From the NCBI RefSeq assembly GCF_009914755.1, contig NC_060925.1: 64,000 nt of DNA. One strand, given 5' to 3'. Shown piece after piece: positions 48,060 through 64,000 of the stretch. Numbering within the stretch: the stretch's first letter is position 1; each line of letters begins with the position of its first letter. This DNA is from the human T2T-CHM13v2.0 reference genome, Homo sapiens. A program made the position numbers and the translations under genes. The notes under the pieces are model-generated. The model made no database searches. It was not told the origin of the DNA and was given only the letters and a program-made list of their open reading frames with translations.

Positions 48060-48795
48060 ACTATACACTGTCTATAGGAGACACACTTTATATTCAAAGA
48101 TATGAACAGACTGAAAGTAAAAGATGGAAAAGATATACCATATGAACAGTAACTAAAGTAGAGCAGGAATGGCTATCCTAACATCAGAGAAAATGGACTT
48201 CAAAAGAAGCAAACATGTTACTAGCAATAAAGTGGGACATTGTATAATGATAAAAGGATCAATGCATTAGGGAAGTGTGTCAATGATAAGCATAGATGCA
48301 TCTAAAAACAGAGTTCCAAAATACATGAGGAAAAGACAAAAATAATTCAAAGTAGAAATAGACAATTCAGTAGTGACAGTTGGAGACTTCAATACCCCAC
48401 TTTAAACAATGGATGGAACTAGAAAGACATGGAAGACTTGAATAGCACTGTCAACAAATAGACCTAACAGACATCTACACAGAACATCTCCACCCAGCAA
48501 CAACAGAATAATACATTCTTTTCCAGCATACATGAAACATCATCTCCAGGATAGATAATATGCTAGGCCATAAAACTAACTTAAACAAACTTAAAAGGAT
48601 TGAAATAACATAAAGTATATTCTCTTATTACAATGAAGTTAAATTAGAAATCAATAACAGAAGGAAATTTGAGAAATTGACAAATATGTGGAAATTAAAC
48701 AACATACTCTAACCAATGGGTTAAAGAAGAAATCACAAGGAAAATGAGAAAATACTTTGAGATAAATGAAAACAAAAACACAAGATACCAAAATG
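48060..48795 (+). mobile_element. L1M ORF2 endonuclease-region fragment
   Basis: GTTGGAGACTTCAATACCCCACTTT (VGDFNTPL) and other EN motifs. Confidence 0.8.
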
Positions 48796-48799
48796 TATC

Positions 48800-49254
48800 T
48801 TGGGGAGGAAAATGGGGAGGGAAAGGTGAAGGGGAAGAGGAAAGAGCTGCTGCTTGCTGTGAGGAGTAAAACCAACAACAGCCCCAGCAGCAGGTGTACT
48901 GTTTCAGCCAAGGACACAGTCTTCTCTGCAGCTACAGCCAGTGACTGAGATGGCAGGAGTACTAGGGCCGTGCCATTTCTGCCCACTGTGGGACTCCTAT
49001 GAAGCAAACCTTGCTCCGGAGTTCCCTTTTGGGCTGGCCAATGCTTTCTCAGAGCTGCACCACAGTCAGAGGCTCTTTCTGCCCAATCCTTTCTTCCCCT
49101 TCTCATATCACAAGTGTCAGGCCTGCATAACTGTCTGAAGGCTTCTCCTGACTACTCTTGTTTTCTTTCCCGTTAATCTTTCACAGGCAATGTCTCCCAA
49201 TAAATCTCTTGCTCCTCTAATTCCATCTTGGCATGTGCTTCCAGAATGGACACA
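48800..49254 (+). mobile_element. ERVL LTR (LTR16-like)
   Basis: 3' end CCCAATAAATCTCTTGC..CTAATTCCATCTTGGCATGTGCTTC. Confidence 0.55.
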
Positions 49255-49690
49255 GGTCTTCATTTACTTCAGGGACAGGCATCTGTAACCACCTGTGGGC
49301 CAAACATAATCATGACTCATGGTCTATAGAAGCTGCCTGAGAAGTTTCGTGGAAGTGTGTGGAGTGGATGTCATGATCCATTCTGGTCACAGAATGCAGA
49401 TGAACGAGACATAGCCAATATAATACACATGGTAAGTGTTAGAACAAAGTGAAAGCAGAGTGACATGGGAGCACCAGGAAGGGAATGACAGTCTGGGGGA
49501 GTCAAGGAAGGCTTCCTGTTCACATTTGAGCAAGGTCTTGGAGGAGTAAGCTATCCTGGAAGGTGAGTCTGGGGTGAGGGCATTCCACATGGAGCAATAA
49601 CATGTACCAGAAAACAGAAGTGAGAATGGGCATGGTGTGGCCAGTGAGAGGCCTCAGGAAATTACCTATTGGGTCCTTATGGAATCTCAC

Positions 49691-49794
49691 CTTTACGCAG
49701 AACCAGATGGAAAAAGGGAAGGTCATGATGATGAAGAGCAGGGAAATGAGGACAAGAAGCCACTCACAGGCCCCTAAGCCGGAGGATTTGGTAC
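49691..49794 (-). CDS. NPHS2: Podocin exon 2 (c.275-378), hydrophobic hairpin membrane segment
   Basis: Acceptor tttaag|GT, then [35 protein letters not shown]. Donor AAG|GTGAG. 104 nt. Confidence 0.99.
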
Positions 49795-49988
49795 CTTAAA
49801 AAAATTAAAGCAAAAGAATAATTATATTGAAACTTCACTGTATTCACTGACTAGCATCTGTTGGTCCAATTCTTGGTATTGGAGTTGGCACAACTTGGAG
49901 ACTTTGCTGGAAATATTAGAATAAGTCAAATCAGAGTAGTCAGAGTTCACAGGGCCTGGGGAGGAGCAGGCTCCTGGAAAGGTAGTGG

Positions 49989-50291
49989 GGACCAGGCACA
50001 GTGGCTCACGCCTGTCATCCCAGCACTCTGGGAGGCTGAGGTGAGAGGATCGCTTGAGTCCAGGAGTTCAAGATCAGCCTGGGCAACATAGTGAGATCCT
50101 GTCTGTACAAAAAAAAAATTAAAAACTAGCTGGGTATGGTGGTGCGTGCCTGTAGTTCCAGCTACGCAGGAGGCTGAGGTGGGAAGAAAGGTTGAGCCTG
50201 GGAGGTTGACGCTGCAGTGAGTTATGACTGCACCACTGTACTCCAGCCTGGGTGACAGAGCTAGATCTTGTCTCAAAAATAAAATAAAAAA
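49989..50291 (+). mobile_element. AluJ, antisense to NPHS2, about 195 nt upstream of the exon 2 acceptor
   Basis: Alu dimer with an A tail. Confidence 0.9.
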
Positions 50292-50568
50292 GAAAGGGAG
50301 TGGGGGTATACTGGAACAGGCACAAAATTTGTGAAGAAGGTCTGGATTCCAGTTCTGGCTCTACTGTTTCATATCCAGATGACCTTAGGCAAGGCGTATG
50401 ACCTTTTCACGCCTCAGTTTCTTCACTATATTATGAGGATGCTAACATCTCATGACTATCCCATAATAACTAGTTCATGAGCTATATCACCTATCTCTGG
50501 CAGAAGGATAAAATAACACATACACATAAAAAGCACTGAGCTTTACTTTACATGTGTCTGTTTGTTTT

Positions 50569-57214
<6,646 letters not shown>

Positions 57215-57743
57215 GTTTGTTTTAAGTGATTCCAAGCACATGTCCAGAGGCTTATCTTCCATGAAATAACTTCCCCATTCATTACAAGCCTTAATGTCTG
57301 AAGTTCCATCATTTTAACACCTCCATTAAGGTGTTGATCTCAATAGTCTTTGAAAATTAACTTTATGGGGTAATATTCACCTACTAATATGTATAAAAAA
57401 GTGATAAGGAACTGGGGTTCAGAACATCCAAGATGCTTGGGTGATAAATGAAACAATATCAAGGAGAGTCAGTCTCAAGAACACAAGCTTCTTGGGGTCT
57501 TGTCTTATTTACAGTATGCCCCCAGGGCTTAGAATAGTGCCTGGCACCATACATGTGCTCAATAAATATTAGTTGAGTGTGAGAAGAAAGGAGGAATGAA
57601 AATGATTTAAATGTAAGAGTTATGAAAATTTCAAGAATTTTAACCTCCAGGTACTAGAAAACTTACTAAAGCAATATTATTTGCCAGTTTAAAAAGATCG
57701 TAGAGGACTAGAAGGTGACTAAAAATTAGGAAATGGTAGTCTA

Positions 57744-57862
57744 CTTTCCTTCCTTTCTTCCTTCCTTCTTTCCTTCCTTCCTTCCCTTCCTCCCTCCTTC
57801 CCTCCCTCCTTCCCTTCTTTCTTTCTTTCTTTTCTTTCATCTTTCCTTCTTTTTTTCTCTCT
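57744..57862. repeat. (TTCC)n/(TTTC)n pyrimidine tract derived from an Alu tail
   Basis: Seen directly. Confidence 0.9.
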
Positions 57863-58141
57863 TTTGAGACTGGGTCTTGCTCTCTCCAGGCTGGAGTGCA
57901 GTGATGCAATCATGGCTTTCTGCATCCTCGGCCTCCTGGGCTCAAGCAGTCCCCCCACCTTAGCCTCTCAAGTAGCTGGGACTACAGGTGCATGCCACCT
58001 TACCTGGCTAATTTATTTTTTTGCAGAGATGGGGTCTCGCTATTTTGCCCAGGCTGGTCTCAAACTCCAAGCCTCAAGTGATCCTCTCACCTCAGCCTCC
58101 CTAAGTGCTGGGATTATAGGTATGAGCTATGGCACCTGGCC
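57863..58141 (-). mobile_element. AluJ
   Basis: Diverged Alu dimer. Confidence 0.9.
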
Positions 58142-59259
58142 TAAAATCTTATTTTTAAGAGATGGGGACAAAGGGGATAACTAATTAGTAGGCCTGAAAA
58201 TTTGATTTTCATGCCCCAGAAAGGTCACCACCAAATTGATGTGCAGATCACTTGAAGAAGAGGACAGAGATGCAAGCTGCACCAGCACAAAAACAAAATC
58301 AGCACTGAATACCATAGTATGGCAGTTTCTAAAGGCCATCCTACGAAATACTAATCCCACAGAGTGCTCCACCAAAGAAGAACTTCCTGGGCAAATGAGT
58401 TTAGAGAATACTAGGCACTACATCCCATTCCTGGAGTTCCCAGTGCTCTTCAGGACATTGAAGCTATGAGAATCTCGCAAAGCATTCTTAGCTTTGTTTA
58501 CACACATTTGACCAGGTAATATTTTCTCTAAGGAACGCTCATTGATATTCTATGGAACTTATTTCTCATGGAACCTACTCTGGGAAATGCTGCTCTACCA
58601 ACATATTAATTTTTATAATATTCTCTTTCAAGGACAATGACTAACAGTATCATTGCCAGTTTTAATTAGTTCATAAATATGTTTCAGTTACCAGTGGTAG
58701 CCATGGCAAGTAAAAATAAATAAATGCATATACAAAATTACATTTTATAAATGAAGAAAGGCCTCAAAAATTCCTTCATACAGTAGCGAGAGATATGCGT
58801 AGAAAACTAATTTATATCCTCAAACCTAACGTGAAGATTTACCCCCAAAATATTATTCTGTTAGAATAAGTTGCTTGAATATCCAACTTGTTTGGTTTAA
58901 GTGAATAGTGAAACATTAATTATTCAAGCAGGAAAACCTTTAAACATTGTCTGAGAGTCCCCAACATTTTGGTGAGGTGAAGCGCCTTTTCATTTCTCCC
59001 GTCTTAAGTAGCCTGCCTTTGGGAGTGTGGTGCTAGGTGAAAAAGAGGAGGGGATGTTACTCTCTGTTCCCCGTGAGCTTCAGAAACCTCCCACACAAGG
59101 GCTCAGCAAAGGTCACTTCATCCTTAGTGGGACTGCTCGCCCATTGCTTGAGGTCTCCTGCTTTTGTTACTCTGTAGCTGTAGGGACTGAGGCCCAAAAA
59201 GGTGCCCAAGGCCACAGCTATAGGACCATGACCAGAAATGAGGGGCAGCAGCAAGCAAG

Positions 59260-59450
59260 GGTGAGCATTTCAATCAGACTGTCTTACTCTGGGATTTTGG
59301 CTTCTCTACTTCCCAGCTACACGACTTGGGCATGTTACTTAATTTCTCAGAGCATGTTTCCTCATCTGTGATAAGAGGATGGTGAGAGATTAAATAACTC
59401 AGTAAAACACCCAGTGTGTGCCTGGCATATAGTAGGGGTTTCATAAATGG
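59260..59450 (+). mobile_element. MIR
   Basis: GACTTGGGCATGTTACTTAATTTCTCAGAGCATGTTTCCTCATCTGT. Confidence 0.75.
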
Positions 59451-60549
59451 TGGCTTCCTTACTTGTCTACCCTACCAGTGTGATCTGCTGCCTCACAGTT
59501 ACAAGCCCTCTAACCTCAGCATTGAACCCAGCAACCATTTACTGAACAGAGGTTTCTGACTGATGAAAGGGTATCATCAACTGGGCAAAACAGTATTAAC
59601 GTGACCCATTTAAATTATACCCCAACTGCAGAAATCTTCCTTAAATGGTAGCTTTCAGTGATCCAGCATGTACTGCTTTGCTGGTAACTAGGAAATGTTA
59701 AAACTTCAGAGCCAGCAGGAAGCAATATAACACACTATTCCTTATTTAATTTCTTTTAACACCTGTCATCCCACTAAAGTGGTAATCATTTTTTTCTTCC
59801 ACTCATTATAAAAAAGACTGGAGGTAGACAAAATTTTCCCAAGAGTTGTTTCTCCTGCAGAAGCAAAAGAGACACCTTTCTTTGCATTCCCTCCTTTGAT
59901 CTAATTTTCCTCTCTCTTAGCTTGCAGCTGGAATTGAGTAAGTTTTTGTTCCAGACTTTGTGCAAAGTGCTTTGGATGCCTTTTCTCATTGTATCCTTAC
60001 CACTACCCTCTGAGGCAGGTACTGTTATATGAGAGATGGTTAAGGTCCTTCCTATGATCACATGGCTAGCAAGTGGTTGAGCTGTGATTTAAACTCAGGT
60101 GTGGCTCTTCCTCACTTGGCTCTGCTGCGACTGCTTTTCAGAAAGAATGATCATCTTCCCAGAAGTTTAAAATGCTTTTAGGTAAGACCGAGGGGTGGGG
60201 ACGCTGGAAGAAGAATAAGCCTACAGCCTACAGCCACCAGCTCGTGCATGTCTTTACTTAAATTAGGTGCCCGTATGCCCCTCCATGGCCACAAAAACCA
60301 AGTCCATGGCTCCTTTGCCAAGTTGCTTCGTCCCCAACCTGTACCACACTCGCTCCCCAGTCCCATCCAAGGCTGGCCCCGAGACCAGTATATAGTGATA
60401 TTTGTATTTCTTCTGATGTTCTTTGCTCACCATAGCAGGTTGCTGGGTTCCTAACTTACGCCCTTCCGTTCCTGGGAACCTGAGCATCCAGCAATCTGCT
60501 CTGGCTTCAGTGGGTCTCGTGGGGATGACCCTTTCCACCTTATCTGACG

Positions 60550-61243
<694 letters not shown>

Positions 61244-61277
61244 CTAGAGGGCTGACGGAGATACAGAAGCTCATCGC

Positions 61278-61425
61278 AAGCTCTGGTTTCTCTTCAAAAC
61301 GAATACATCTTTTACCTTTTACTGCAGATTTTCGTGGAGAGGAACAGTTGTTAGTAACCTTTTTTGTCTGTTTGTTTTTAGGTCCTGCTTGGGCAGGGCC
61401 AAGTAAAAAAGAAAAAAGAAAAAAA
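61278..61425 (+). pseudogene. U5 snRNA retropseudogene (probably the annotated RNU5F-family copy)
   Basis: CTCTGGTTTCTCTTCA...CCTTTTAC...CGTGGAGAGGAACA matches U5. 3' stem-loop at 61381-61400, A-rich tail at 61405-61425, degenerate TSD at 61263-61276 and 61428-61441 (12/14). Loop 1 and the Sm site are mutated. Confidence 0.92.
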
Positions 61426-63814
61426 CCACAAAAGGTCATCGAATTAGGGTCACTTTAAGGTAAAATCAGAAATTTCGCCTCATCCCCAACTTTCCTTCTT
61501 GGAGTCGTCTCAAGGATGCCTTTCTCTCCTCCCTACGTATTTCTTATTTTATATCCTGGCCCTAGTTATTCTACATATGCATTAACCCCTAATGATGTTG
61601 GCTGATTCCTCCTGGGAGTATTTACATTTTAAAGGGGATAAAAGAAAACTCTCTTTGCGATGTGTTTCGTCTCTGTTATTATTTAGGGTCTTTATTAATG
61701 CTTATGCCTGATGTTGATGATGCAATGCTTCTTGAAGAATCATAGGCAGGAAGGGGTCTGGTCTAACTTCTGTTTTTAGGAAGAGACACTTTGTCCCGTG
61801 CTTCCATGATGAAAGCAGGAGTTGGGCTTTTTCAGGGTTCATTGGCCAGGCTGGATCTAGCAACGAACTGGGGAGCTGCCTCACCCTCTTCTGAGGGACT
61901 TGAAACATTGAATAGGTTTATTTCTCTTTCACTTTCTGTTAATAATTTGTTTCTTACTGAAAGGGAGGTTGGTCAAGGTAACCCATCACCCAAGATTTAT
62001 GATACTACTCAGATAGTTCAGATCACATGATGGCAGAAATAATGCTCACTGATTTTTTAAATTTTTTAAATATTTATTGAATTCACACAGCAATAGCTTT
62101 TTTTCTCTCCCAAAACCTTATTAAACACTGAGGACCTGAAGTAACTGAAGTGCGTCTGGAAAAACCATTCCACTACTTTCTTCTATATGTTCCAGGTTAG
62201 GCCACTGGGAGTAAAGTAAATAAAAGATGAGCAATCCAGTCACTTAAATAGATTTTTTACTGTCTAAACCTGATCATTGCATGGGCTAAGGAGGATAAAT
62301 ATTTCCTCGCAAGGGCCTGCCTCAGTTGATAGTTTCTGCCTACAACACTACAGTGAGAAAAATTCCAAAGCTGCGTTTGGCTCAAAGAGAGAAAGATATC
62401 ATGATTATTTCATATTCCCCCAAATTAACATTTGCTATTAAACACAGCTAGCATCTTTATCATCCTTTAGAGATTTCCCTGTTAGAAAAAGTGAGAAACT
62501 ATTTGTAGCATTTATTGGTGTTTTTCCTCAGCCTGGTCCTGTTATAAATTAATTTCATCCGCATCCCTAGCTAGACTCTTATACTAAAATTGCACCTGTT
62601 TTTCATTCCAAGAATGGAGCAGGATATCTGGTCAAATGATATTCCCCAAACTGTACTGTCTTTCAATAAGAGAGAAATTCCTTGTAGGAGAAAAATCAAT
62701 GAGAAAAGGCCCTACTGGGTGTTGGAGCCCATGCTGAGCACTTGTTCTCAGTCACCTTTGCTCAGTTTCCTTGGCTTCTTTGACCACTGACAAGTTACAT
62801 TTCTATATCTATACATAACAGCAATATAAGCAGCTGCTTATAACACAAGTCTGCTGGGATTATGAGTGACAATGACAAAATCAGAGAAGCTGCATACCAT
62901 TCCATGATAAAAAGGTCAATGCAGCATGGCTGGAAGGTGGAGGAGTTGGGGAAGGGAGTGCTGAGTTAGCAGCTAAGTCCAGCTGGCTGTCCTCATCTAC
63001 TTTTACAAGGATGCTGCTGTTTTCTTTTAGATTCCTTTTTAATTGAAAGTGTTGCTCATCCCTTTGCTGAAAATATGATATGCACACATTCTGAAACTCT
63101 CAATACTTTACTCCTTGTTTGGATTTGTTAAGAAACTGACATCTGTGGGAACTGGGTTACTAGAAGAAAGGGAGGATCAATTAAAGCTGTTTACTTTTAT
63201 GTTTCCAAGGTGAAAGATTATGAAAGAGTGCAAGGCTTTCTAAAGTATTACACTTATTCCCAGTTAGTGTTTTGAAGTATTATATCCATATGAATAAGTG
63301 AATGCATGAATACTGATTCATTTGGATTATTTAATGGAAAGGCTGGAATTGATTGGCACTACATGATGTTACAAATCCTGTTGTTTTAGAGCTGGAAACT
63401 ATAAGGACTTACTAAATTTGACTTTCTCAATTTGTAGGTGGCAGAGAGACTAAATAGGAGGGCACAATAGTGGTCTAGGAAAGTGATGCAACTGAGAGCC
63501 TGATCTGCAGCTTTGGCAGTGGGTATGGCTTGGATTCAGGAAATATTTCTGAGGGAGAAAATCAAAATAATGTGGTAGTCTCATGGGATTATGGAGTGGG
63601 GACCATGAAGGGATAGAGGACTTGAGAAAGATGGAGAGTTCAACCTTAATAGGCTTAGCAGCTGATCGGAAGTTGCAGCTGCTTTGGTTGATCCACATCC
63701 CCTAACTGTTTTGACCCCAAGCATCTTATGTTCCTACCCTCTTTGCTTTGAAATGCAGGTGTTGGCCTGTTAGGTGCAGGGACAAGATGAGACTTAACTT
63801 AACTTCTATCTAAT

Positions 63815-64000
63815 CAATTCACTCCATAGATACTTAGTGAGCACCTACTACATGTATTGCACTGCTCACCACTGAGGATTTAAAGGTAAGACATGGTGCA
63901 TGCTCTTGAGGAGCGTATAGTATAACAGGGAGAGACAGATGTGTAAACAGACAAGTGTGATAAAGTGTTGTACCTCCAGGTTTTTCAACCTCAGCACTAC
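63815..64000 (+). mobile_element. L2 3' fragment, followed by the start of a MER20-like element at about 63977
   Basis: TTAGTGAGCACCTACTACATG L2 motif. CAGGTTTTTCAACCTCAGCACTA at the window end. Confidence 0.6.

Noticed and set aside
47513-48097. 194-aa minus-strand ORF in NPHS2 intron 2
   Set aside because: It starts in an L1 fragment and has no recognisable domain or splice context.

Overview
Human genomic DNA, recognisable as the NPHS2/AXDND1 locus (1q25.2). The minus strand carries the complete podocin gene NPHS2: 8 coding exons at 60874->36175, all GT-AG, which splice to the 383-aa MERRARSSS...KKKDSPML protein, with a CpG-island promoter at about 60.55-61.2 kb. The plus strand carries the last five exons of AXDND1. 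Its final ~19.5-kb intron contains NPHS2 exons 7-8, and its terminal exon appears to start inside NPHS2 exon 6 on the opposite strand. Much of the rest is interspersed repeat: two full-length L1PA elements, older L1s, Alus, nested MER41 LTRs, LTR8, MER9, MLT1/MLT2, MIR/L2, and a U5 snRNA retropseudogene in the NPHS2 promoter. The most notable observations are (1) a ~3.4-kb decayed, apparently intronless TDRD6/TDRD15-like multi-Tudor gene fossil at about 31.7-35.1 kb, identified by eye; (2) the codon-register antisense sharing of NPHS2 exon 6 with the AXDND1 acceptor and stop codon; and (3) a TSD-flanked, poly(A)-tailed retrocopy that carries a DNA-transposon fragment. No database searches were run. 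Repeat subfamily names and protein comparisons come from recalled consensus sequences, and repeat boundaries without a TSD are approximate.
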